This document shows positions 23,718-37,574 of a stretch of DNA of 64,000 bases, piece by piece; position 1 is the first letter of the stretch, and each line of letters opens with the position of its first letter. The notes beneath the pieces are model-generated. The model was not told where the DNA came from. It searched no databases and worked only from the letters and a program-made list of their open reading frames with translations. This stretch comes from Bugula neritina (taxonomy: Eukaryota; Animalia; Bryozoa). The translations under genes and the position numbers were made by a program. The DNA is taken from NCBI GenBank assembly GCA_964035545.1, contig OZ037766.1:11646722-11710721 (forward strand). Direction: 5' to 3'.

Positions 23718-26700
23718 ATGTCAGGCGAATCTCCCCAGAAAGCTTCTAAGCAGAGCACAAGTTTTATTAGAAAATTGACTAAAATATTCATCGACCCTGC
23801 CAAGCAAGTTGGTAAGTCACATTTAGGAGCAGTAGTGGGGAAATTGAGATCATAGCTTAAGTTCTTTAATTTTCTTATTAAGTTTTGGGTTGGGATTTGA
23901 GTTGAAATTCTTGAGAGAACATAACTTCTTTTGCTAGAATTCTAATTTAGAACACAGGCTTTTCTCAAATTATTCATTGCTGCACATACCTCGTAAGTCA
24001 GACAACTTGACTGTGAGTTTTTGTTGGAAAAGATAATACTACCATAACACTACTTCTCTAATTCTATTCTTTTATGGCTCTGGTAAATCTCAACCTACAG
24101 CCTTGAGTTATAGTAATGATTTGTTGGTAGAGGCTGATGGTGTTATCTTAGTAATCTTACTTCTAATTTTACAATCCCAGCCTTTCTAAAACTTTTTTTT
24201 AATACATTGGCCTTTATTGTTTAGTTTTGGGTTCATTATTACTATTAATAGAGCACTAGATGTTGACTAAGCAGCATGTAAAAAAAAGTAAATGCTAGTA
24301 AATATGGGGTGCTAATAAGTTAATAAACAGTCAACATAATGATGGAGGACACATATATACATGTTTTATGAGAAAACTGTGCTACAGAGCTAGGCTATAA
24401 TAGTCTAGGGAATTATATTTGTACATTTCATTATCACAAATCATTTTATTTTTACAAAAATACATTTTCATTGTATGAAATTGTGAAGCCAGCCAATAAA
24501 ATGGTTGCATACTCAACCACTGACTTTGTTATTGCATTTTCTTCAAACCTTATCTTTCAGGAGTTAAAGATATTAGAGCCAAAGAAACTGTACTTCACCA
24601 AGGATGGCTGAGAAAGAAGAATACAAGTATGGTGGGAAAAGCAATGGATACAATGAACATGAAATGTGAGTTTAGTTTCTGTTAGCATAAGACACAATAT
24701 ATACTCATATGTAACACTATTTAAAAAAACAATTTGCCAGCACTGTTGCAAGAAGTTTGTTGTGTATAGAAAACAGTAACTGTAGTTTAGACCTTATACT
24801 ATTTACAATAGCCACATATAGCTTGTTATTTCTTCAGTAAAAAGATAGCTTAGTAACTTTTTTGCTGTATTTTAAAAGAGTAATGTTAATGAATTGAGAC
24901 AGAAGTCTATTTGCTGACCTTTTGCAGGGAATATGTTCTATGTGCTGGTAACAGAAAAGAGCATTTACTATTTTAAAAATGAAACTGCTTCATCTTTTGT
25001 TGGCAAGTTTTCTCTCTTTGGATATAATGTGTAAGTAATTTTTATACTCTAAAGTTACTAATGTCTATAACCAATGTTTAGATTTAATGTTGATTATCAA
25101 GTAACATGGCTTATAAAATATTAGTCTACCTCTCATACATATACTTATCTAATTGAAGAATTGCTTATAATCTTAAAGTGAACGGAGCTAATAGTTCTCA
25201 AATAACCTTAATATATTTACTTTGTATGAGGAAGTTTCTGCAAGGTGATAAGTAAGGCATGTTCTGTTGGCAGCATAACATATAAATTAAGTTATGGTGT
25301 ATGTGATGTAATATTGAGCTATTATACATGTGTCAGTGCCTCATATGTACTATAACTACATGTCAGGGTAAAAAGAGTTCCCATAGACGTTAATTCCAAC
25401 AACTCTGCCAAATGGCCAGAACAATCGATAATGATTGAACATGCTAGCGGTGACCCCAGTCAATACAAAACCTATTACTTTGCCTGTGCTCACTGTGACG
25501 AGTGGACGGTTAGTTTCACTTCAGTTATTGTTTTTGTATGGGATTCTAGTCATGGACTCACGGTTTTGTGATTTGTTGAATTGATGTTTGATGTAGCTTT
25601 AAAATATTTCAATCTTGTGTTTTAGTAAATCAGTTTGTACTGAGTTCATATTCGCCAGTTTCCCATATTTAGCTCTCAGTTTGACTGCAATCATGTTAAT
25701 TAAAGAATTTCGTTTAGTATGATTGAGTTTTCTATATCAGTTCAATATTTCATAACATTGTCTTCTCGTGTGTATATATAAGTTAAGAATTTTGGATTTA
25801 GCTAATCGTGGTTTGAACCTGGTTCTAGCTAAGATTTAACTCTGACTGTTTCCATGCGTGAAACTGGCTGCTGTGAGGATATGGGGGGAGGGGTAGACTT
25901 ATTTCACTGGTTTGATAAATATTTGCCATGAAATGTGGACTGTATAGTCACAGTATTGGGTTTGTACATTGCAGAATTTCCTAACCTGGTTATTAATAAT
26001 TACAGCTGCCCTCTGGTAATATATAAACTGTATATATTTGTGTGTTTTATGTGACCAAAGTATTATGTGTTTTGGGGTTTTCAGGCATCCTTTATGGTAT
26101 TGTTTATGCATGTTTCCTGTGGCTATATTTGTTGTTGTCTGTAGTGCTTTATATTTTACCCAGACTTGGATGCAAAGCATTAGGAAAGCTCTTATTAAAG
26201 CCAATGACAGCTTGTTTTCCAATAAACCCAGGTAGGGAGTGAAACTTGTACTCTACAAGTATAGTTTCAATAACGCAGGCTGATAAGCGTCTTCTATTTT
26301 GTATTCTTATGCTACGGATAAATCTAGCTTAAATTTTAATTTTAAGCATTTTAAGTATATAAATTCATTTGATGTTTGGGGGGGGTTGAATGTAGCTTCC
26401 TTATTGATACTTGACAACAAGACTCTAAGGATTTTGCTACTTTGCAACCAGTTGCCTGCTACTAAAAATTATCTAATCAAATGTTTAACAGCTTTAAGAA
26501 GTAATATTTTTATCTGTATACATTTGCATGTATATCAGGGTAATCATTTTAGCACAAATCTAATTGTTATACAGTGTAATATGAATGATGTATTTGTGGC
26601 ATCATGTGGTCAGTAAATTCCCTAACTCTTAGAATATAATAATACTGGAATAGCTGTAGCTCATTGAATAAAGTTAGGTTAAACTGTGCAATCAGCAAGG

Positions 26701-29700
26701 TCAATTCTTATAGTGGAATTTGGTATTCAGGTATAATTGTTACATGATGTAGCAGTGCACAGCTTTTCTTTCTTTATTGTACTCCCTGCATAATCTGTTA
26801 CTACCCACATGCTGTATTACTACTCACATGTTGTATTACTACTCACATGCTGTATTATGCCCATAACACACTACAGTCGAAACGCGACTGTGGCGGCCAT
26901 TTTGGAGCTGCTTGCGCATGCCTTCAACGTCACGTCCTACTTTTTACTGGTCACACTACAGTTCACTACGAACGATGAAAGCTAACTGTCTCTAGTCTCG
27001 CAGTAAACTTTTAAACCAATAGGAATGCCATAAACCAGTTTCTGCAGTATCCACAGTAACCAACAATTAATCTTAGCGCAATTTTTTGAGATTTACTAGC
27101 ATAATTTAATAAGATTTTCTAGTTATTTTTATTCTAATTTACTAGCTTCAATTATTCAAAATTACTAGCTTTATTTAATGATATTACTTAGCTTTATTCA
27201 AGCTCATTCACTAGCCTAAAGAACTAGTTATAGTACGCTAATAAAATTCAACCAAATTAGAAAAACTAAATATGCAGATAAAATTTAGCAAAATTTATCT
27301 AATGAATACTTATTTTCATGATTTATTGAAACTTTCATACATAACTTCATCATAATTATTTTAAAAGTAAATTAATATAATTTTCGAAGAACCAAATCAA
27401 ATAATAATGCTCGCTAGTAGCACGTGGAAAAAGTAAAAGCACTTAACCAATCAGGGTTTACCTGGCCAGTCAGTGATTGGCCGATCGCTCAACTTCAGCG
27501 ATGACAGTTGAACATGTTGAACTTTCATCGCATCGTTCAAGATGGCCGTTTTGACTGTAGTGTGGCAGCCCCATTACTACCCGCATGCTATATTACTACT
27601 CACATGTTGCATTACTACCCACATGTTGTGTTACTACCCACATGTTGTGTTACTACTCACATGTTGTATTACTACCCACATGCTGTATTACTACCCACAT
27701 GTTGTATTACTACTCACATGTTGTATTACTACTCACATGTTGTATTACTACCCACATGTTGTATTACTACCCACATGTTGTATTACTACTCACATGTTGT
27801 ATTACTACCCACATGTTGTATTAATACCCATATGCAGTATTACTACCCACATGTTGTATTACTACTCACATGTTGTATTACTACCCACATGTTGTATTAA
27901 TACCCACATGTTGTATTAATACCCATATGCAGTATTACTACCCACATGTCATGTTACTACTCACATGCTATATTTTTAGGATAGATCTAGGGTCCCCAGT
28001 GGATAAGTTAGAACATCCAATTTATCCTGCAACTGATTTCCTGGCTCACCAAAAGAGTAAAGCTGCTGCAGATAATGAGAATGTGGAGAGTAAGTATTTA
28101 GACTCTAACTTCTTCCAACTATTTCTTAGTTGAAGTGCCATTCTCTAATCCCCTTCCATCCACTCCCTGATCACATTCTCTAATCCCCCTTCCATCCACT
28201 CCCTGATCACATTCTCTAATCCCCCTTCCATCCACTCCCTGATCACATTCTCTAATCCCCCTTCCACCCACTCCCTGATCACATTCTCTAATCCCCTTCC
28301 ATCCACTCCCTAATCACATTCTCTAATCCCCCTTCTATCCACTCCCTGATCACATTCTCTAATCCCCCTTCCATCCACTCCCTGATCACATTCTCTAATC
28401 TCCCTTCCATCCACTCCCTGATCACATTCTCTAATCTCCCTTCCATCCACTCCCTGATCATATTCTCTAATCTCCCTTCCATCCACTCCCTGATCACATC
28501 CACTCTTCTAAACTACTCACTCATTTTTCTTCATCTTGCTGTAATTTTCGTTACTCTTACTCCATTCTGTTACTAATGTAGGAAAAAATCATGTGCTACC
28601 AGTGACGTTGGTATATATGTTGTGGTATTGAGACATGAAAATCGAAAAGTTTCAACAGAATGTCACCGATAGAATAAACCCTGACAGTAATAGGCTATAC
28701 ATGTACAATCTCAGACTATACATGTACAATCTAAGACTATACATGTAAAATCTAAGACTATACATGTACAATCTAAGACTATACATGAACACTCTCAAAC
28801 TATACATATACAATCTAAGACTATACATATACACTCTCAAACTATACATATACAATCTAAGACTATACATATACAATCTCATACTATGCATGTACAATCT
28901 CAAAATTCAGTGTAAATATAACCTGGGTAGACAAATCTTAAGCACATATCACTACTGCTGGTGTATGATTTTTTTATTATTGTTGAAATGATATCTCTCT
29001 AAAGTTAAGGTCTTTCTCATCCTCTTCTACCTCAAGTACTACACATTCTAACTTTTATCATGTCACTCGTCCACAGCATGGTGTGTACTTGTAGCTGTTT
29101 GAGTTAAGCATTAGATGTGTTTACTTCTTGGCTATATTTACTCTGTATTAGGAGGGTGTGCATCTCTAATATATAAAGGTCTAGTTTTGGTGTGTTTTCG
29201 GCATTGACATACTGTATATATACTGTATATATACTGTATATATAATTTACCGGGTTTGCCCTGACTTTGTGAAGGAAAGTTGTTTAAATAACTTTAGAAT
29301 TACATTGCAATTTGAATGCATCTCATTGGTTGCTTTTTCTGAAGCCAAATTGAATTTCTGACTGAAAATTTTAAAGATGTAAACAAAACTTTAGGGCGTA
29401 GTTAAAAACTGTGTCAACTATAATTATAGAATTTTTCTGTTGCTAGGTGATGACGAAGACTACGAGGTGATTAAAGATGATTTTTCAGGTAAACTGTTCT
29501 GGTAGAAATAAACAACTTAGTCCTGTCCTGTACATTGATACTGCTTTATATTTGTTTTCACTTCACTCATTCTGATGTGATTTTATTTATTAAAACCAAG
29601 TCACAACAGCTCTGAATTGCATATTTTTGTAATTTATAAAAAAATCTTTAAATTCAAGACTTGTTTGCGAAAAGTTTAGTATAAAACAACATTTCATCAG

Positions 29701-32700
29701 CATACAACTCTCAAAAAGTCAGTAGATGATAGCTAAGATATATACGGATATTTTGATAAGTACTGCTTAAATGAAGCGTGTCAGAGATTCTTTAACTGAG
29801 TGCCAAAGTTTCATTTGTCTCCACCTGCAAATGATAAATATAACTAAGCATATATGTTTTATTAGAGCCATGCATGCTAACTTGAAAAGTAGCAAGAATA
29901 AATCCAGTAGCTGTGTTTAGTCTGTAAAACATGGTATTTTTTTAGATTATTTTAGATTATCTCCTATTACTGAGAAATTAGTTTATCAGAGAAAAATGTG
30001 TGATATTTAGAATGTGTCATAGTGCCAGTTGTTACAGCTGATCAGATGGATACACCACAGCCACCTCCTCGGCCTAAAAAGCAAATCAGCCACACCTCTT
30101 CCAATCTGTCAGGAAGCTATATGGAGTTTGATGAGTCATCATCTGAAAAAAAAGGATTCCGGAAAACTCCATCACTTCCTTCACCGGGCAGTGAGGAAAG
30201 TTATCAGGATCATTCAGCCAACAAAACTGGTCTTCGTTCTCCAACCACCAACAATCTTCCCAAATATCTTCATGTCGAAAGGTAGGCTTTAGAAACATTA
30301 CTTCGTTTTGAAATAAACTGTGTGCTACATCATTACAAACCTAATGTATAACATGCACTTATGTTATGCTTATTTTTAGTTGTTATAACTAGAGATCTCT
30401 AGCTGGTAATATCATCTTCCCATGCTTTATCCGCAAAGTTTTAAATTGAGCCAATGGTGGTAGCAAATGCACTGTATATACTCACGGCTCTTCTGTGCAC
30501 TCTAAAAGTTTTAGGGTCTTATGCATGCAGACTCATGATAATTGGTGAAGGTGTTTTTAATCTAGTTTTAGTTTATTTGGGTATTTTCAATATTTGGTAT
30601 GCAGCTCTGTAGTTTCACTGAGGACCCTAATTAGTCATTATGAGCTGAGGAACTTACTAATTTAGCTTCATAATTCGGAAAATAATTGCTACCGTGATAC
30701 CAATTTGTTTTAAATGCTTTGCAATGTAAAAGCTGTTTTTTTCTAAAAAGGGCTGATCTTGTTAACAATATTTTCATTTTTAAAGTGTTTTTTTAATTGC
30801 AGAGGCTTGAAAGTTGTGCAAAAGTTTTATAAACTTCACTTCTTTTTCTTTAAAAGGATTTTTAAAACTGCAAAGCAATTGAGGAAAACACTTGTTGAAG
30901 GATCTTTGAATGTTTTTAATGGAAAGGCATAAATTGTTCATATTTTAGTTATTTTCTTTACTAATAATTTGCAGTGGCTTCTGCAATAAACATTCTCTAT
31001 GGGACCAAAAATATTTGCGTGTCATTGGAATTAGTGTAGAGATGTGTTTTGTCACATGTTTGTGTGAAAAAGCCTTTTTGTAAAAAAATTTCTTTTAATT
31101 TATGCCATCGTGAAAAATTTTGAACGTTTCCATTTCAAGCTACTTCAGTATTTCTGGCCAATCACCGCCATCTCTCGTGACTGTTGTCTGTAAATAGCAC
31201 AAGATTTGTATGAGTTTGCAAGTGTTTGGCATAAATGGTTGCTTAATAGACTGTATATTCCTCTATATAGCTAATTACCTTAGTCTGTGTTACAAATTAC
31301 CTGTACTATTTGAATTCACACAGGTGACAGTTATTGAGATGCTGATTTCTATAGAATTGCTTCAATACTATTGTTTACAACTACTCAATTTTGTGATTTT
31401 GCACTGGACTTTAAGCTTAGTATCATCTTTTTGCTCCTATTTCTAAGTATTGCTAGTGCTTATATTTGGTTATATGTTGCTATTATTATATGTGTAATAT
31501 TTGTGGTATGTATTTCAGTTCTCCTGCCATGGATGTCCTCGCTGATCTCAAAGAGAAGCAGAGACAGCTAAGAGACACTTGTGTACCCGCATCAATGCCG
31601 AGAAACCCTGCCCCGGGTAAACCTGTACCGCCGGCAAACAAGCCTCCACCATCAGCAAACAAACCTCCCCTGCTGGCAAGCAAACCCATCCTGCCGGTTA
31701 AACCCAGAATGTTGGAGAAAATATATTGGAATGGCTCCAAGGAGGATGCGACCAGGTTGGTTTCATGTCATACTTTCTATCAGTATGTTTCTATTGTGTC
31801 ACTCAACCAATAGGAACACAGTGTTGGTCATATGATTGTTAGTCTGTGCTAGTTCCAATGATGAACCCTCATGTTTCTATTGGTTATTTCTTTCAAGTTT
31901 CAGTGTTCTATAAATGGCACTTCTAATAGACCAGACCTTTAACTTATTTTCAAATATATGTAATGGGTGTTTCCATTTGAAGCATAAACAAGCACTACGG
32001 ATTTAGATTAAACCTGTAGTATAGTTGTCTCCCCACGATTACCAATATTTCCTAAGTCATTCAATTGTTAGAGTTATCTGTTCCCATCAGCAGTGTAAAC
32101 AGCCTTTCTATTCATAGCCAACTCTACCACTGACTCTACCACCAGTTTCAGCTAATTAGGGTGTCATTTGAATGGAACTGCTCCTATGATTAATATCTGT
32201 GTTATTTAATGTTTAGGGTTATCAGAGAATCAAATAAAGGAACCTTTCTGATTCGTTGGGGAAGCACAGGTAATCAAAAGGTAAGCTAGCTTACATGGAC
32301 TGTTTTTCAACAATCGACCTTTTTTACATGTTCTTTACTTTGATTTGAATTTGATATTGCAAGAGCTATGGCCACGTGACTTGCCTGGGGAAAGAAAGCA
32401 ATATAAGCTATGTAAGAGCTATTAAGGTTGTTTCTGTAGTTACGTAATGGTGAAACAGGTTCGACTTGGTTAACAACTGGTCTTGATAGCACTTGTATTC
32501 ATTGAACTATAACCATGTTGAACTATATAGTTTCAGTTCAGTGCTTGTATTGTCGTTGTTTGCTTTCTATAAAGATGAGAAGAGTGATAACATATTGACA
32601 AGCAATAGAATATCTTTATAGACAAGTACGAAGGTACCACTTAAGGGCTACTGAACATGATAGTACTTTACTTTCCTAAAGTTGTTATGGTATAATTGAT

Positions 32701-33879
32701 TTTCCAAAATACATGAGCATCAATGGTTTCACAGTATTGCTTGGCATTTCTAATTGAAGTGTTGTATTGCTAGAGCATAAATTATGTGTATTGCTTTGAG
32801 TTTTATGAAATCATGATTGAAATGTCTTTTTTTAGGTGTTGGTTGTGTCTGATGGTAGGGGAGAATCTCATTCGTTAAAGATTAACGAGTTTTCTAACGT
32901 AAGTTGTATTATCTGTATGTATACTATATTATACTATAAATTAGCATCCATTGGGGTGCAAATGTAAAAGAGCAGATTTTAGCTGTATTTAAATGAAATT
33001 GCTGACAAGCTTTGATTTCTTGAAACTCTAGCAAGGTAGATACCCCTAGTATGGAATTTAATTCTGGCCAGCAAGTTTTTAATGCGTATTTACCTGTGTG
33101 TTTTCTAGAAATTGTGTTAATGTGTCTGAACTGTCTATAAAATGATCATATATTTACTCCAGTAATAAGTTGTTAGTTGCTTGTGCTTATTATTATTTCA
33201 AAAATAATCATTCACCATCAGTAAATTAAATTTCAGGTATTCAAATAGAAATTTCATAACTATTCTGGCAATTTGCCAACAAAGTAATACATTTAAATTT
33301 ATGTACAAGACACCTTTTTTATTCAAACTTTAAGGCAGCTTCTGTTGCTTTTAGAATTTTAAAGCATGTTTGAAAAAAGTTGAAATTATTTTGTTGAAAT
33401 TATAGTGCTGTCATTGTGTTTTAATATTTATGTTACTGAAAACTAGGGATTTGGTAGTACCAGTTTATTTAAGTATAGCTAGTCAACATTATAACTTTTA
33501 CCCAAAAACTATATCTTCAAAGTTTTATCTAAGCAATGATTGTATCGGTGTACTCTACATAACTGGTAGAGATCAAGCGTAGGCTAGTAAAACTGGAGTT
33601 ATCTTATTCGAGCACTTGTAAATATTATACTCTCAGCTTTATATATTCCTTATTATGTTGGCAGCATACATGATAAATGCATGTATTGTAATGGGTTTTT
33701 ATTACTTTTAGGGGCAAATGGGTCTTAAAAATGAAGCTTTGTCTTCAGATTTAGAGAAGTTCAGCTCAGTAGATGCACTGGTGAAGTTCTACAAAGAAAC
33801 CCCCATCAACTTGCGTAGTGGTGCAATTGAGATTAAGCTCAAGACTCCACATCCACTCTGTGCTCAAACCTTAGATTAG
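23718..33879 (+). CDS. SH3BP2: SH3 domain-binding protein 2 (3BP2)-like adaptor: PH - proline-rich - SH2, ~488 aa. Exons 23718-23811, 24561-24665, 24928-25030, 25367-25508, 26164-26231, 27980-28089, 29447-29488, 30011-30281, 31519-31755, 32217-32280, 32836-32898, 33712-33879
   Basis: All junctions are GT-AG with consistent phases. PH domain: VLHQGWLRKK...WNMFYVLVTEKSIYYFKNETASSFVGKFSLFGYN...WMQSIRKAL, which resembles 3BP2 ([22 protein letters not shown]). Also EDYEV and PPPRPKK motifs. SH2: GTFLIR...KVLVVSD...FSSVDALVKFYK. Confidence 0.82.
26790..27968. repeat. 19-bp minisatellite (CACATGTTGTATTACTACC) interrupted by a MITE
   Basis: About 3 copies at 26790-26858 and about 20 copies at 27573-27968. 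Confidence 0.9.
26859..27572. mobile_element. Non-autonomous DNA transposon (PIF/Harbinger-like MITE) inserted in the minisatellite
   Basis: TIR CACACTACAGTCGAAACG (26867-26884) versus CGTTTTGACTGTAGTGTG (27547-27564); it splits the 19-bp array. Confidence 0.65.
28139..28500. repeat. 36-bp pyrimidine-rich minisatellite (~10 copies)
   Basis: Tandem unit CATTCTCTAATCCCCCTTCCATCCACTCCCTGATCA. Confidence 0.92.
28695..28902. repeat. 21-bp minisatellite (~10 copies)
   Basis: Unit CTATACATGTACAATCTAAGA and variants. Confidence 0.9.
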
Positions 33880-34908
33880 AAACTCTTGTTCAGGAGTGAA
33901 GACTTCATATTTATTCATATACAAACCATGTATTTAAACCAATGCATTTAAATTCCTCTGTATCGTGATAACAGAGAGGGTGTGTTGGTGGAGCCCTTCC
34001 TGACAATTTGCTCAGAGGCTTTTTAGTTTTGATACCTTTTCTCATGAATATGGCCTAAGCTGGTTCTGTATGACACACCAGCTGTGGACTCGAATTTGCA
34101 GTCGTCTGGACAAATAAATGGTTTGGGTTATTGATAACATGTCTGAGGTGTGGTAAGACAGTATTTTATTAAAATTAGCTAGTGGTGTCTTCAGCCCATA
34201 GTATTATTTCAACTATATATTTTGGTATGCAGTAATAAATTTATACTCTTTTTGTCACTTATGTTTCTAGCAAACATTCTATGCAGCTTTGAAAGTTCTT
34301 GACAATCAAATAAATCAAATCATGTTCTTTTCTAATAGTTTTTAATCATCAGCACACAAATTTATCTTGTACTGCCTTTTAATTTTTGTTACTTTTTATA
34401 AAATATTCCTTTTTGGTACTTTATTTTACTGACTGTATATTTTATTTAAAGTTATAAAATTCAAATACAGGGTATAGATGTACTATAAAATAATTTTGTA
34501 AACTGTTTCGTCTCAATATTCCATAAGCTTTTAGTGGCTGTCATAATAGCTCAAAAAATGGGACTTGTAGAGTTTTATTTATATATGATGGATATGTTTG
34601 TGTTGACATGTAAAGTCTCAGAAGGATGAAAGAAAATTTGCTTGTATTGAAACTAAAATGAAACTATAAGCAAATCTTTTACCATTTTCGTTGAAAAATT
34701 AACAACAGATCTGGAAAAATTTCAAACTAGCTAATTTTAGTTGCTCAAAAAGTGCTAGTCTTTGCTTAATCAACTTGAATTGTAATATTGCTTGACAGCT
34801 AAATCAAACACTCCAAAACCTCTAGGTAATAATAGAGCATTATTTGTGTGAGTAGGCATGTAGGAGCTCACATTTGTATCTGTATGCTATTAAATTGCTT
34901 TACTTTGC

Positions 34909-35093
34909 TTGAAGTATGGGTTGAGGATAAGGATTCTGAAAATCTTAAGGTTGGAACAAATTTTTTTACATAAAGAGATGCATTAACTCTCATGGAAGGT
35001 TGGCTTACTAGAAACAGAATGTATCTTTTTATGTAAAAACTTTTGTCCTCTTCTTGTGATTTTCAGAATCCTTATCTTCAACCCATTCTTCAA
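34909..35093. mobile_element. ~185-bp palindromic (hairpin) MITE-like element; paralogous copy at ~43808-43988
   Basis: Outer arms TTGAAGTATGGGTTGAGGATAAGGATTCTGAAAATC and GATTTTCAGAATCCTTATCTTCAACCCATTCTTCAA; inner arms TTTTTACATAAAGAGAT and ATCTTTTTATGTAAAAA. Confidence 0.7.
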
Positions 35094-36000
35094 ACCAAGA
35101 GACATAACTCCGACACAAGAAATACAGCTATGCATAATTTTACATTAATGAAACAGAGTAATGAATACATGTGACTTTTAAGCCAAGATTTTGTATTCAT
35201 CACTTCAACTAAGTAGCATATTTTAAATTTATTGTGCAACATATGAGTATTTCAATCATGCGTAAACTTGATTCATGTGACTGAAACAACCTAATTCTAT
35301 GATTAATTACATCAATTATCCTGTCATAAATATATGAGGAAGTAAATGTTAAGGGGAAAAGTTTTATTTTACTTAGGTACATTGAAATACTATACTTAGA
35401 TTACGCCTATGTGCTAGGGTGACACTTTTTCCTCTATAAACTATACTAATCAGTAGTAAAAGCATGTTTTATACTTGCACATTATTTATATAAAATATCT
35501 CATTTATCTACCTACATATTGGCACTTGGCTAACCAATTCTTGAAAATATGCAAATATTGTCAGGAAATGATATTTTTGTCTGGGTTGAGTAAATCAGAT
35601 TTTTTGTTGAATACTTGAAGGCTAGTCATATTCCGACACTAGCTGCAGTTGATAACTAAAACTAAACTTTGTCTTCATGGTGAAGATGAAATTGTTGTTC
35701 CTCGTCTTAACCTGGCAACAGCTTAAAACATGGAAGTTAATCAACAAAACGGGCACACTAATAAGCAAAATTATATAAAACTATTTTGTAGTTTAATCGC
35801 CAGTGATTCCTACAACTTCATAAAAAGCAAGAAAATATTTTTCTAAGTTGAGAAATAATATTACACAACTTGAACGTTACTATGTCAGCATCTTCATAAT
35901 AACATGATTGTACAATGGGAGATACCAGTACCAGTTGTTATGAATAATTGTAGGAAACCGAATGGAAAGGTTTCTTGTTGCAATACATAAATGAATAGAA

Positions 36001-36012
36001 GGGAATTTTTCC
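36001..36012. promoter_or_regulatory. Rel/NF-kB-like site upstream of IFITM-like gene 1 (conserved at 44936-44947 upstream of gene 3)
   Basis: GGGAATTTTTCC about 100 bp upstream of the ATG in both paralogs. Confidence 0.35.
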
Positions 36013-36108
36013 ACTACTGGTTGATTCAATATAAAAAAGTGAAGTGATTCTTTGTTCTTCATTTTGAGGTGTGACGCCGAATCTATCAGACAACGAACTT
36101 CACACAGG

Positions 36109-37338
<1,230 letters not shown>

Positions 37339-37511
37339 TGTTATTTTGTTTATAGTAATTGCTCTATAAGGTATAGTTTTTATACAATAAGTTTAGCTAT
37401 GACAAAATTGTTAATATTTCCATTGAGCTGTGATGCCTTTCTAATTTTTTAACTTGCACTATTATACTGCTATATTTATATCCTATCTCATATATTATAT
37501 ATATATATATA

Positions 37512-37574
<63 letters not shown>

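Noticed and set aside
28139-28500. 36-bp repeats here and at 56428-56864 as CRISPR arrays
   Set aside because: Head-to-tail units without unique spacers, no cas genes, eukaryotic intronic context.
28582-28610. Possible extra SH3BP2 micro-exon
   Set aside because: 29 nt would break the frame between flanking exons that already join in phase.
27508-28991. Repetitive Cys/His/Tyr-rich ORFs
   Set aside because: Translations of intronic minisatellites in multiple frames; only 27980-28089 is a supported exon.
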